DNA of 64,000 bases, from contig JACRCW010000080.1 of assembly GCA_016218805.1 (NCBI GenBank), positions 62,001-126,000 of the forward strand. The letters run 5' to 3'. A program made the translations under genes and the position numbers. Every line of letters begins with the position of its first letter. Position 1 is the stretch's first letter. This DNA comes from Deltaproteobacteria bacterium (GTDB lineage: Bacteria; Myxococcota; JACRCW01). Positions 42,301-51,697 of the stretch are shown one piece after another. Below the pieces are notes generated by a model. It worked only from the letters and a program-made list of their open reading frames with translations, did no database searches and was not told the origin of the DNA.

Positions 42301-42681
42301 ATGACCGCGGTGAAACGCCCGCTGGGTGAGCTCGAGCACGCCATCATGACCGTCCTGTGGACGCGCGCGCCGCTGTCCGGCCGCGAGGTGCTGGCTCGGC
42401 TGCACCGGCGCCCGCAGCCCGCCTACACCACCGTGATGACGGTGCTGGACCGCCTGCACGCCAAGGGGTTTGTGGAGCGGGTGAAGGACGGCAAGGCGTT
42501 CCTCTACGGGCCCACCGTGTCACGCGAGGAATGGACGGCACAGAACGCGCTGCGCGCGCTCGGGAAGGACCCCACCACGGGGGTGCTCGTGGCGTTCCTG
42601 GACTCCGCGGAGCGCGCGGATTCGGACCTGATGGACCGCCTGGAGCGTCTCATTGCCGCGCGCCGGGAGCGTGGCACGTGA
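42301..42681 (+). CDS. BlaI/MecI/CopY-family transcriptional repressor
   Basis: LGELEHAIMTVLW...AYTTVMTVLDRLHAKG.V.R.KDGKAFLY. Confidence 0.93.
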   Translation: MTAVKRPLGELEHAIMTVLWTRAPLSGREVLARLHRRPQPAYTTVMTVLDRLHAKGFVERVKDGKAFLYGPTVSREEWTAQNALRALGKDPTTGVLVAFLDSAERADSDLMDRLERLIAARRERGT

Positions 42682-43661
42682 GCGCGCTGCTGCTGGGCCC
42701 GCCGCTGCTGGCGGTCTTCCTGGTGTCCGCGGCGGGCGTCACGGCGTGCACCGCGTGGCCGGGCCGGTGGAGCGCGCGGCGCGCGGGTGTCCTGGCGCTC
42801 CTGGCCGTGGCCGGGCCCCTGGTAGCGGGCCTGCTGACCGCCGCCGCGTTCCTGGCGCCGCTGTTGGAGGGCCACTGTCATTGCGCCGACCACGGGCTCC
42901 ATCACCCGCACCTGTGTCCGCTCCATCCCGCGCATGCGGCCGCGCTGGTGGCACCAGGCGTGTACGTGTTGGCTGCGTGGGTCCTGTTTGTCGCGCCGGA
43001 CGTGGGCGGGCTGGTCCGCGGCCTGCTGCACGCGGCAGTTTGGCGGCGGGCTGTTCTGCGGACGCCGGCCCGGCGGGTGGCAGGCCACCGGGTCCACCTG
43101 TCCGGGTGCGGTGGCCTGGGCGCGGTGACGGTGGGTCTGCTGCGGCCCGTGATCGTCGTGGATCCGCGGGTGTGGGACGCGCTGGCACCCGCAGAGCGCA
43201 AGGCCGTGGTCCAGCACGAGGCCGCGCACGCGCGTCGACGGGATGCGCTGGTGCTCCTGGGGCTGCGCTTGTGGACCGCCCTGTGCCCGCTGCCCGCGCT
43301 CCGGCGCGTGGTGGACGCGTGGCGCGTGGCCGCGGAGCACGCCTGTGACCGGTACGCCGCCGGGCGGGTCGGGAACGCGTGCATCGTCGCTGCCGCGCTG
43401 GTTGCCGTGGAACGCGCCCGCCACGGCCCGCTCCCGGCGTTCCCGCCACAGGGTGTGCTGCCGGTTGGCGGCGGGGACGGACTGGAGCACCGGGTGCAGT
43501 CCCTGCTGGCCGATCCCCCGGCAGCGCCCCCCGCCGCGCATGCCGTCCTCCCCGTCGTGGCGCTGGCCCTGGCCGGCGGCGTCCTGGCGCTGGGCGTCGC
43601 CGCGGATGGGGCCCATCACTTCGTCGAAACCGTCCTCGGTTTCCTCTTCCCCGCCCGCTGA
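42678..43661 (+). CDS. M56 (BlaR1-like) membrane metallopeptidase with His/Cys-rich loop
   Basis: TM helices, TVGLLRPVIVV, HEAAH..RRD, EHACD and loop HCHCADHGLHHPHLCPLHPAH. GTGA overlap with the blaI-like gene. Confidence 0.88.
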   Translation: MSALLLGPPLLAVFLVSAAGVTACTAWPGRWSARRAGVLALLAVAGPLVAGLLTAAAFLAPLLEGHCHCADHGLHHPHLCPLHPAHAAALVAPGVYVLAAWVLFVAPDVGGLVRGLLHAAVWRRAVLRTPARRVAGHRVHLSGCGGLGAVTVGLLRPVIVVDPRVWDALAPAERKAVVQHEAAHARRRDALVLLGLRLWTALCPLPALRRVVDAWRVAAEHACDRYAAGRVGNACIVAAALVAVERARHGPLPAFPPQGVLPVGGGDGLEHRVQSLLADPPAAPPAAHAVLPVVALALAGGVLALGVAADGAHHFVETVLGFLFPAR

Positions 43662-43705
43662 GGCGGCACGCGCTGCGTTTGCGGCGGGTTGCCCAGGAAT
43701 TCACA

Positions 43706-43722
43706 TACTACAGCGCGTAGTA
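43706..43722. promoter_or_regulatory. Second BlaI-type operator
   Basis: Perfect palindrome TACTAC-AGCGC-GTAGTA. Confidence 0.7.
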
Positions 43723-43727
43723 CAGCC

Positions 43728-44175
43728 ATTGCGGTGCTGCGGCTGGGAGTGACGGCGTGCCCGGGTGCGCCGGCGCCGCACCGGCACCCGCATGACGCGC
43801 CGGAGGTCCGCCCGTCGCCATCACGCGCTGGACGGCGCAGCCTGAGCTGTTTGTGGAGTTTCCGTGGCTGGCACGGCCCTGTTCCACGCCCACGGCACGA
43901 GCCGGGAGGGCACACAGGCCGCCACGCGCGGCGCCTTACGCGTGGCCTTCCGGCGTGAGGGACGGGTCGCCGCCGAGGGCAGCGCCGCGGGGGGTGGCCC
44001 GCCCCGGCGTGTTCACGCCGGAGACCACCGCACCGGCGCCGGGCGAGTCCCAGGTGGAAAGGGTCTACGCCGTCGAGGGCGACGCGGACACGTTCGGTTG
44101 CGGCGCGGTCACCGTGCACGCGACGCCGACCGCAGCGACGGAGGAGGTGCCCGCGGGGGCGGCCATCGCGTTCGG
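43728..44175 (+). pseudogene. Frameshifted, truncated remnant of a metal-efflux RND periplasmic adaptor (N-terminal domain)
   Basis: Fragments in alternating frames: LGVTAC..HRHPH / VAITRWTAQPELFVEFP / VAG..LFHAH.T / RPGVFTP..AIAF. No start codon found. Confidence 0.6.
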
Positions 44176-44258
44176 CGTTGTTGTGGTTCTGCGCTCCGCG
44201 GTGGTGGAGCTGAACACGCGCCCCTGGGTGTTTGTGCAGACGGAGGGCCAAGCCCTGT

Positions 44259-45305
44259 TCACGGTTGGGCAACCGCCGGCAGGTCAATCGGGATCGTACG
44301 TACTGCAAGGACGCCTGCCGCCGGGATGTCCAGCTCCTGCTGGCGGCACTTTCCGCTGCTGCGCCACGCCACCCGGCGCATCCCTGCGGGTGCGCTGAAC
44401 GCGGGCGCTACCACCGCTTTCCCGTCCACCCATGCCGCGTCAGGCTGGGGGGAGAGCAGGACAAGATTCTCCCCGGGCGAGGCGGCCGGTGCGGACTCCC
44501 TGGGACACGCGGTGTCAGCCGCCCCGCGCGTCTCCGCGTAACGTTTCTCAACCTCAGGCGGCGGATGCACCTGGTGGCGCGCGGCCTGCAGGCGCAGCGC
44601 GATGAGCGGCAACCCCTGCTGGCAGCGTTTGAGCTCCACCGTTCCGTACGCGCTCTGGCGACGGACGCGGTCGTACTCCGCCACGCGTTTGGGAAGTTGT
44701 ACGCAGTAGGTATCCAGCCGCTTCTCTGCCTCCAGGAGGCTCCTCTCCGCGTCCGCAAACGCGCGCACCGCGGACTGGGACAGCGCCAGATCCACCCAGC
44801 GGTCCTGGTCTTCCGGCCACCGTTCCACCACGACACGTGCCGCCCACAGCGACGCCTGCGTGCCGCGCGTCTGCTCCGCGATGAGCCGCAGGTTGGAGCG
44901 CACCGCCGGTTCCTCGCCCATCTCCGGCTCCAGCGCGGCCAACGCGGGGCCCAGGTCCTTGACGTCCGCGTGACGCGCCATGACGCGCAGCACGCGCTGC
45001 GCCGCACGCGCCCGCTCCTCGGACCCGGGGGGCAACCCCTCAAACAACTCAAACGCCTCCTCCTTGGACTCCGTGTCCGGCGCGCCCAGGATGGCGCGCG
45101 CGGCGAGGATCAGCACCGTGCGCATGCGGCGAACGTCGTCGTCAGACTGGCCCTCCTGTCTGAGCAGCGCGCGCGACGCGCGGAACGCCTGCAGGTGGTT
45201 CTCCTTCTCCAGGAAGCGCTCTGCCTGTTGCACGCGGTCCAGGCAGGACGCGGCCAGGGCCACCGCACACACGGCGATAACGATTCTCTTCGGCTCAGCC
45301 TTCAA
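44259..45305 (-). CDS. Hypothetical lipoprotein, helical/TPR-like with a PEGA-like tail
   Basis: Lipobox ALAASC; tail SPQPDAAWVDGK. Overlaps the end of the response regulator gene. Confidence 0.65.
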   Translation of the reverse strand: MKAEPKRIVIAVCAVALAASCLDRVQQAERFLEKENHLQAFRASRALLRQEGQSDDDVRRMRTVLILAARAILGAPDTESKEEAFELFEGLPPGSEERARAAQRVLRVMARHADVKDLGPALAALEPEMGEEPAVRSNLRLIAEQTRGTQASLWAARVVVERWPEDQDRWVDLALSQSAVRAFADAERSLLEAEKRLDTYCVQLPKRVAEYDRVRRQSAYGTVELKRCQQGLPLIALRLQAARHQVHPPPEVEKRYAETRGAADTACPRESAPAASPGENLVLLSPQPDAAWVDGKAVVAPAFSAPAGMRRVAWRSSGKCRQQELDIPAAGVLAVRTIPIDLPAVAQP

Positions 45306-46005
45306 AGCGGTATCCCATGCCTCTCACGGTGACGATGTACCTGGGGTTCTCCGGGTCCGCCTCCAGCTTGGTACGCAACGCGCGCACAAAGTTGTCCACG
45401 GTGCGCGCGGTGCCTTCGTAGTCCGCGCCCCACGCGCGGCGCAGCAGGCTCTCGCGGTCCTGCACGCGGCCGGGCCGTTCCATCAGGCACTGCAGCAGCG
45501 CCAGCTCCGTGGAGGTCACGTTCACCGGCTCGCCGCCGCGCGTGACCTTCCCCGCCGCCAGGTCCACCACCACGTCACCAAATGCGTGCAGGCGCCGCGG
45601 CTCATCAGCGGGACGGCGCATCAGCGCCCCCACGCGCGCCAGCAGTTCCTGCAGCCCAAACGGCTTGGACATGTAGTCATCCGCGCCCAGCTGCAGGCCC
45701 ATCACCTTGTCCGCTTCTGAGCCCTTGGCGGACAGCATCAGCACGCGCGTGCGCGCCCCCGCAGCGCGCATCCCGCGCAACACCTCAAACCCGTTGAGCT
45801 CCGGCATCATGACGTCAAGAATCACCAAATCGTACCCGCCGTTGAGGGCGCGGTCCAGGCCGGTGCGGCCGTCCCGCGCAATGTCCACGTGGTAGCCCTC
45901 GTAGCGCAGGTTGATGGACAGGCCGGTGGTGATGGCCGCGTCATCCTCGACAATGAGGATGCGCCTGGACGGGGCCGCGGTCTCTGCCAAGGCTTCCTCC
46001 TTCAC
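45295..46005 (-). CDS. OmpR-family response regulator
   Basis: ILIVEDD, LVILDVMMP, LSAK, GADDYMSKPF and winged-helix RTVDNFV..LRTKLE..TVRGMGYRF. Confidence 0.96.
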   Translation of the reverse strand: MKEEALAETAAPSRRILIVEDDAAITTGLSINLRYEGYHVDIARDGRTGLDRALNGGYDLVILDVMMPELNGFEVLRGMRAAGARTRVLMLSAKGSEADKVMGLQLGADDYMSKPFGLQELLARVGALMRRPADEPRRLHAFGDVVVDLAAGKVTRGGEPVNVTSTELALLQCLMERPGRVQDRESLLRRAWGADYEGTARTVDNFVRALRTKLEADPENPRYIVTVRGMGYRFEG

Positions 46006-47393
46006 CCGCGCGCGCGGGCCTCCGCCATCAGGGCCTGTTCATGCTGCCGCAGGGACGCGGTGGGCAGTTCCACGGTGAAGGTGCTGCCCTTCCCGGGCGT
46101 GCTCTGCAGGCGGATGCGGCCACCGTGTGCCTCCACCACGTGCCGCGCCAACGCCAGGCCCAGTCCGCTGCCGTGTGCGCGCGCGTTGAGCGGGTCCTCC
46201 GCCCGGTAGAACCGCTCAAAGATCTTCTTCTGCTCGCGCCGGGGCACGCCCGGGCCGTTGTCACTGACCGCAAACGCCACCATGCTGCCCCGCTGTTCCA
46301 CCCGCAGCCCAATGCGCTTTTCCTCCGCCGTGTACTTGAACGCGTTGTGCAGCAGGTTGAGCAGCGCCTCCGTGATGGCGTCCGGGTCCACCAGCAGCGG
46401 CGCATCCGGCGCAAGGACCTCGCGGGTGAGCACGTACGGCGCCTCCAGCGCCTGCGTGGCGAACGACTGGAGCGCCGCCTCTGCGATCTCCCCCGCCGTC
46501 ACGGGACGCTTCTGGTAGCTCTTCTTGCCCGCCTCCACGCGGGCCCAGTCCAGCACGCGTTCAATCATGCCGGACAACCGCTCGGTCTCCTGTGCGCACA
46601 GGCGCAGGCATTCCAGCTCTTCCTCGCGGCTCTGCACGCGCCCCAGCCGCACGGTCTCCAGGAACATGCGGATGGAGGTCAGCGGGGTGCGCAACTCGTG
46701 GCTCACGTGGCTGACAAAGTCCGTCTTGAGCCGCCCCAGCTGCACTTCGCGGTACAGGGACATGCTGACCCACGCCACGCCCACCGCCAGCAGCACGTAG
46801 AACAGGAACAGCAGCGCCGAATACAGCACCGCGGTGGTGCGCACCTGCTGGGCCAAGAGGTCATCCCCCAGCAGGCGGGCCTGCAGGCGGTAGCTGTCCA
46901 GCGGCGGCGGCAGGCGCAGCTCGGTGATGACGTCACGGCGGAACAGGTCCGCGGGCTCCGCGCGGCCCTGCAGCCAGTCATCCAGTGTGCGCCGCATCGC
47001 CTCGGCGGTATTGGCCGGCGGCAGGTCGGTGTCGTGGACCAGTTCCACCACCGCGGTCTCGGGCGGGAAGTGGCGCGGGGCCAGCTCGGGGAGCAGCTCG
47101 CGGACGCGGCCCAGCTGCGCCTCCACCACGCGGTTCATGTTCTCCGGGTCACCGGGGGCATCCCGGATGGCGCGGGCCACGGGCTCCAGCGGCGCGGCCA
47201 GCTCCGCCGCCAACAGGCGGAGTTTCTGCGCGTAGGACTGCTTGAGCCGCGCCTCGGCCACGGCACGCGCGTCGACAATGGCCAGGATCCCAAACCCGCT
47301 GATGGCAAAGCTGGGGACCGCGACAAAGATGGTGAACACCACGAACAGTCCGCGGAATCCGCGTCCGGCCCCCCTGCGTGTCGTCGTTGCCAT
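46002..47393 (-). CDS. Membrane sensor histidine kinase
   Basis: Two TM helices, H-box VSHELRTPLTSI, NLLHNAFKY, DNGPG, IFERFYR and GSGLGL. Start approximate. Confidence 0.95.
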   Translation of the reverse strand: MATTTRRGAGRGFRGLFVVFTIFVAVPSFAISGFGILAIVDARAVAEARLKQSYAQKLRLLAAELAAPLEPVARAIRDAPGDPENMNRVVEAQLGRVRELLPELAPRHFPPETAVVELVHDTDLPPANTAEAMRRTLDDWLQGRAEPADLFRRDVITELRLPPPLDSYRLQARLLGDDLLAQQVRTTAVLYSALLFLFYVLLAVGVAWVSMSLYREVQLGRLKTDFVSHVSHELRTPLTSIRMFLETVRLGRVQSREEELECLRLCAQETERLSGMIERVLDWARVEAGKKSYQKRPVTAGEIAEAALQSFATQALEAPYVLTREVLAPDAPLLVDPDAITEALLNLLHNAFKYTAEEKRIGLRVEQRGSMVAFAVSDNGPGVPRREQKKIFERFYRAEDPLNARAHGSGLGLALARHVVEAHGGRIRLQSTPGKGSTFTVELPTASLRQHEQALMAEARARG

Positions 47394-47537
47394 GCGCGTG
47401 CTGACCGTCCGTGCGCGTTCCCTACGCCCACCTCCTTGTACACCACGCGGCGGGGGACGGTGGACGCGGCGGCCGTGGATGCCTATCTGACCACCCACTT
47501 TGCCGGGACCGCTGGTCTCCGGCCCGGAGGAACACCC

Positions 47538-48536
47538 ATGGGTCAGTCCGCTTCATCGCCCGCTCCCCTGCCCTTCCCGCCCAAGGACGCCGTTCGAGAC
47601 GTGATCATCGTCGGGTCGGGCCCCGCGGGTTACACGGCGGCGCTGTACTGCGCGCGCGCCAACCTGCAGCCGCTGATGTTTGAAGGGGACATCCCGCACA
47701 TCCCCGGCGGACAACTGATGATCACCACGGAGGTGGAGAACTACCCGGGGTTTCCCGACGGCGTGGCGGGTCCGGACCTGATGGAGAAGCTGAAGGCGCA
47801 GGCCGCGCGGTTTGGCACGGAGCTGGTGCAGAAAAGCGTGAGCCGGATTGACTTCAGCAAACGCCCGTTCCGCGTGGAGGCGGATGACGAGGTGCGGTTT
47901 GGCAAGGCGATCATTGTGGCCACCGGCGCCACCGCGCGCTGGCTGGGCGTGGACAACGAAGACGAGGCCCGCAACCGCGGCGCCTCCGCGTGCGCCACCT
48001 GTGACGGCGCACTGTTCCGCGGCCGCGAGCTGGTGGTGGTGGGCGGCGGTGACACCGCCATGGAGGAGGCCACCTTCCTCACGCGCTTTGCCACCAAGGT
48101 CACGCTGGTGCACCGGCGGGATTCGTTGCGCGCGTCCAAGGTGATGGCGGACCGCGCGGCCAAGAACCCCAAGATCGCCTTCAAGTGGAACAGCGTCGTT
48201 GAGAAGTACCTGTTTGACGACAAGAAGTACGTCAACGGTGTGGTGCTCAAGGACGTCAAGACCGGCAAGACGGAGAACTTCCCGTGCGGTGGCGTGTTTG
48301 TTGCCATTGGGCACAAACCCAACACGGAACTGTTCCACGGCGTGCTGGACACCGACGAGAACGGCTACCTGAAGACCAAGGGCGGCCCCAAGGGCGCCAC
48401 CATGACCAACGTCACCGGTGTGTTTGCGTGCGGGGACGTGCAGGACAGCTACTACCGCCAGGCCGTCACCGCCGCGGGCAGCGGCTGCCAGGCCGCCATT
48501 GACGTCGAGCGGTGGCTGGAAGCCGTAGGTCACTGA
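47538..48536 (+). CDS. trxB: Thioredoxin reductase
   Basis: GSGPAGYTAA, GGQL, VENYPGF, SACATCDG, GGGDTAMEEA and YRQAVTAAGSGC. RBS GGAGG. Confidence 0.97.
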   Translation: MGQSASSPAPLPFPPKDAVRDVIIVGSGPAGYTAALYCARANLQPLMFEGDIPHIPGGQLMITTEVENYPGFPDGVAGPDLMEKLKAQAARFGTELVQKSVSRIDFSKRPFRVEADDEVRFGKAIIVATGATARWLGVDNEDEARNRGASACATCDGALFRGRELVVVGGGDTAMEEATFLTRFATKVTLVHRRDSLRASKVMADRAAKNPKIAFKWNSVVEKYLFDDKKYVNGVVLKDVKTGKTENFPCGGVFVAIGHKPNTELFHGVLDTDENGYLKTKGGPKGATMTNVTGVFACGDVQDSYYRQAVTAAGSGCQAAIDVERWLEAVGH

Positions 48537-48578
48537 CCCCGTCTTGCCGTGGCGCGGTCCGCTTGGCAGGCTGCGCCC

Positions 48579-49688
48579 ATGCGACAACCCACGCGCGTTC
48601 TGCCGGGCCTGTGCACCGTGTTCTTCCTGGGTGGCGGCTGCACCGGCTGCCCCGTGACGGGAACAACGGACGGTGGTGGCGGCGGTGGCGCGGCCGACGC
48701 GGCGGGCCACCACGACGCCGGGGGGACCGGTTCCTCTTCCGGCGCCAGCGCCGACGCGGGCCGTGACGCCGGCCCCGTGACGTTGGACGGTGGTCCGCGG
48801 GACGCGGCGGCGCACCCGCCCGACGCTGCGGTGGAGGTGGACGCGGGCAGCCCATTTGACCATTGGCCCATCACGTCCACCGGCGCGCTGGACCCGGTTC
48901 CAGGACTGGTCACCCCCGGCGCCACCGCGGACGGCGGGTGCGCGGCGCCCATCCCGGTGGACCCGCCGGACCTGGAGGTCGGTGCCGCCACCACGCACCG
49001 CTTCACCGGCACGGTGCCCGGCATCGCTGAGACGGGAACCTTCTACGTGTACGCGGGCAACGGCCTGGAGATTGTGGGCCCGGCGGAGACGGACACGGCG
49101 GGCGCTTACGCGGTCTCCGTGCCGCTGTTCTGCGGCTACAACCTGGTGAAGCTGACGTGGGACACCGGGACCGCGTGCCGGCCGTCCACGGTGCACCGGG
49201 TCTACTCGCGCGCGTGCACCAAGATGGACCTTCGCATCACCATCCTGTGGGATGCCATCGGGCGGGACTGGGAGCTGCACCTGATCCGCCCGGGCGGGCG
49301 CATCAATGACTCCGTCAGCGACTGCACGTGGACCACCTGCATCAACGGCAGCCCTGACTGGGGACGCCCCGCCGATCCGAGCGACGATCCGCACAAGGAC
49401 GTTGACGACGTGACGGCGTTTGGACCGGAGAGCATCTACCTGCCGGAGCTGGAGACGGGCGTCTACACGGTGATGGTGGAGCACTGGAATGCGTCCGGTG
49501 ACCCCGCATCGGATGGGCAGGCCATCATCAACCTCGCAGGGCAGACGCGCGTGTTCACCCTTTCGGACCTGGCGCCCATGCGGGTGTGGACGGTGGCCAC
49601 CATTGACGGGACCACCGTCACGGAAGGCGGCGCGGTCCATGACTGCTCGGCGAATTGGTCGGGCGGTTGCCGCGACGCGATCCCCTGA
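48579..49688 (+). CDS. Exported protein with DAG-rich linker and YfaP/DUF2135-like C-terminal domain
   Basis: DLRITILWD..DWELHL..DVDDVTAFGPESI..GVYTVMVEHW; repeated DAG/DGG. Confidence 0.75.
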   Translation: MRQPTRVLPGLCTVFFLGGGCTGCPVTGTTDGGGGGGAADAAGHHDAGGTGSSSGASADAGRDAGPVTLDGGPRDAAAHPPDAAVEVDAGSPFDHWPITSTGALDPVPGLVTPGATADGGCAAPIPVDPPDLEVGAATTHRFTGTVPGIAETGTFYVYAGNGLEIVGPAETDTAGAYAVSVPLFCGYNLVKLTWDTGTACRPSTVHRVYSRACTKMDLRITILWDAIGRDWELHLIRPGGRINDSVSDCTWTTCINGSPDWGRPADPSDDPHKDVDDVTAFGPESIYLPELETGVYTVMVEHWNASGDPASDGQAIINLAGQTRVFTLSDLAPMRVWTVATIDGTTVTEGGAVHDCSANWSGGCRDAIP

Positions 49689-49691
49689 GCG

Positions 49692-50714
49692 TCACAGCGC
49701 GCCCTTCCACGGGGCCCCCAGCGCCTCCTTCATCCGGCGCAGCGTCACGGCGGAACGACCGGCGCGGCCCCGCAGCGGCGGCGCCCCGCCACCCGCCAGC
49801 ACAGACACGCATCCGCGCACGGACTGGGCCAGCGCATCCAGGTCGTACCCACCCTCCAGGCACAGCACCATCTTCCCGGCGGCGTGACGGCGCGCCACTT
49901 CGCGCACCGCACCGCACAGCGCCGTGAATCCCTCCGTCGTCAGTTCCATGCCGCCCAGCGGATCATCCCGGTGCGCGTCAAACCCCGCGGACACCATCAC
50001 CAGCTCCGGACGGAACGCTTCCGCAATGGGCAGCAGCACCTCCGCAAACACGGCCGCGTAGTCCGCGTCGTCACAGCCGGCCGGCAGCGGGGCGTTCACC
50101 GTGAAGCCCGCACCGTCACCCGCGCCGGTCTCCGTGACGTCGCCACTGCCCGGGTAGAACGGATACTGGTGCGTGCTCATGAACAGCACGTCACGCCGCG
50201 CGTAGAACGCATCCTGCGTGCCGTTGCCGTGGTGGACATCCCAATCCACAACGAGCACCCGCGCGATCCCGCGGGAGACCGCGTGTGCCGCACCGATGGC
50301 GAGGTTGTTGAAGAAACAGAAGCCCATGGCCCGGGTGGGCGTGGCGTGATGGCCCGGTGGCCGGACCAGCGCAAACGCATTCTCCGCGCGCCCGTCCAGC
50401 ACGGCATCCACCGCTTGCACAGCCGCACCCGCGGCCAGCAGCGCCGCGTCCACAGAGCGGGGGCTCGTTGCAGTATCGGGATCCAGCGCGTCATGCCGGC
50501 CGCGCGCGGACAACACCTGCTCCACCAGCGCGGCGGAGTGCACGCGCCGCAGCGCAGCGTCATCAACGGGGCGCGCGTCCTCCCACGCGGTCACCGCCAC
50601 GGGCTCACCGCGCAGCACGGACAGAATGGTCCCAAGGCGTTCCGCGCGCTCGGGGTGGCCCGCACCGGGGTGGTGGTCCAGACAGGTGGGATGGGTGAGC
50701 AGCAGGGTGGTCAT
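49692..50714 (-). CDS. Histone deacetylase-family amidohydrolase
   Basis: HPERAERL, RPPGHHA, GFCFFNN, DWDVHHGNGTQ, SAGFDAH and LEGGY. Confidence 0.95.
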   Translation of the reverse strand: MTTLLLTHPTCLDHHPGAGHPERAERLGTILSVLRGEPVAVTAWEDARPVDDAALRRVHSAALVEQVLSARGRHDALDPDTATSPRSVDAALLAAGAAVQAVDAVLDGRAENAFALVRPPGHHATPTRAMGFCFFNNLAIGAAHAVSRGIARVLVVDWDVHHGNGTQDAFYARRDVLFMSTHQYPFYPGSGDVTETGAGDGAGFTVNAPLPAGCDDADYAAVFAEVLLPIAEAFRPELVMVSAGFDAHRDDPLGGMELTTEGFTALCGAVREVARRHAAGKMVLCLEGGYDLDALAQSVRGCVSVLAGGGAPPLRGRAGRSAVTLRRMKEALGAPWKGAL

Positions 50715-50786
50715 GACGCCGCAAGCCTACCGCGTTCAGCGCGGTCATTGACGCCGAGGTCCGCGGTACCCAAGATCCCGTCCCGG

Positions 50787-51683
50787 ATGTCACCCACCCT
50801 GTTCCTGGCGTCGGCGGTCCTCATTGCGGCACCGGCGTTGCCGGAGCGCCTGGCGCGCTTCCCGGTGCAGGGTCCGCCGGAGCTGGCCGGTCCCGCCGCG
50901 CACGAGGTGGACGCGGCGTTGGCACGCTGGAGCAGATGGCCGCGCGTGCCCGCCGTGGAGATGGACGGACTGGGCCTCATGGGCGGGCTGGAGAAGGCGC
51001 TGGCCTGCAGTGGCGAAGATGCGTGCAGCGCGCAGGCGGCCCGCATGGCCCAGGCGCGCTACGTGTTGTTCTGCCGCATTGCGGCGGACGCGGTGACCGT
51101 GGCGGTCTACGACGCGGGCGAAGGGAAGCTGGTCAAGCGCGTCCTGGAGCGGACCACGGAGCCGCTCGCGTCCATCGAGCTCGCGGTGGCGCGCGCGCTC
51201 GCGCCCGAGGAGGCCACGGGTCTGCTCGTCGTTGACGGCGCGGGCCCGGTGGAAGTGGACGGCGAGGTGGTGCGTAGCCCCGCGCGCGTGGCAGCAGGAA
51301 CCCACCAGGTCCGCATTGGACGGGACCCGCCGCGGGCGCTGCGGGTGCCCCTGCGGGGCGAGATCCGCGTGGTCGCCCCGGAGGCGCTGCGCGCTCCACG
51401 CTGGGGTGCGCACCTTCTCGTGGGTGCGGGCGCACTGGTGATGGTGGCCGGCGTCGTGGGCGCGCTCGGTGGCCTGACGGCGGTGGCCGCATGGGCGGAA
51501 CGGCGCATCACTGCTTCACAGCCGGAGCGCCTGGAGGGCTCAGCCCGCCTGCAACGGTTTGTGCTGTGGCAGGCAGGCGTGGCCGGTGGGCTGGCGGCGG
51601 GGATGATGGCCGTGGCGGCGCTGTTGCTGGGGAGCGGGGCCGCGCTGCTGTTGGGCGGTGCAACCTGGGAAGTGATGGGCTGA
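50787..51683 (+). CDS. Hypothetical exported/membrane protein with PEGA-like region
   Basis: Signal-like N-terminus, C-x5-C pair, VEVDGE..AGTHQVRI and two C-terminal hydrophobic segments. Confidence 0.7.
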   Translation: MSPTLFLASAVLIAAPALPERLARFPVQGPPELAGPAAHEVDAALARWSRWPRVPAVEMDGLGLMGGLEKALACSGEDACSAQAARMAQARYVLFCRIAADAVTVAVYDAGEGKLVKRVLERTTEPLASIELAVARALAPEEATGLLVVDGAGPVEVDGEVVRSPARVAAGTHQVRIGRDPPRALRVPLRGEIRVVAPEALRAPRWGAHLLVGAGALVMVAGVVGALGGLTAVAAWAERRITASQPERLEGSARLQRFVLWQAGVAGGLAAGMMAVAALLLGSGAALLLGGATWEVMG

Positions 51684-51697
51684 GGCTGGAGGGAAGC

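Noticed and set aside
32183..44260. Calling the metal/sulfur island a mobile element
   Set aside because: No integrase, transposase, tRNA target or flanking direct repeats could be found by eye.
46041..47537. Long N-terminal extension on trxB (831-aa ORF)
   Set aside because: Antisense to the histidine kinase; trxB has its own GGAGG and ATG at 47538.
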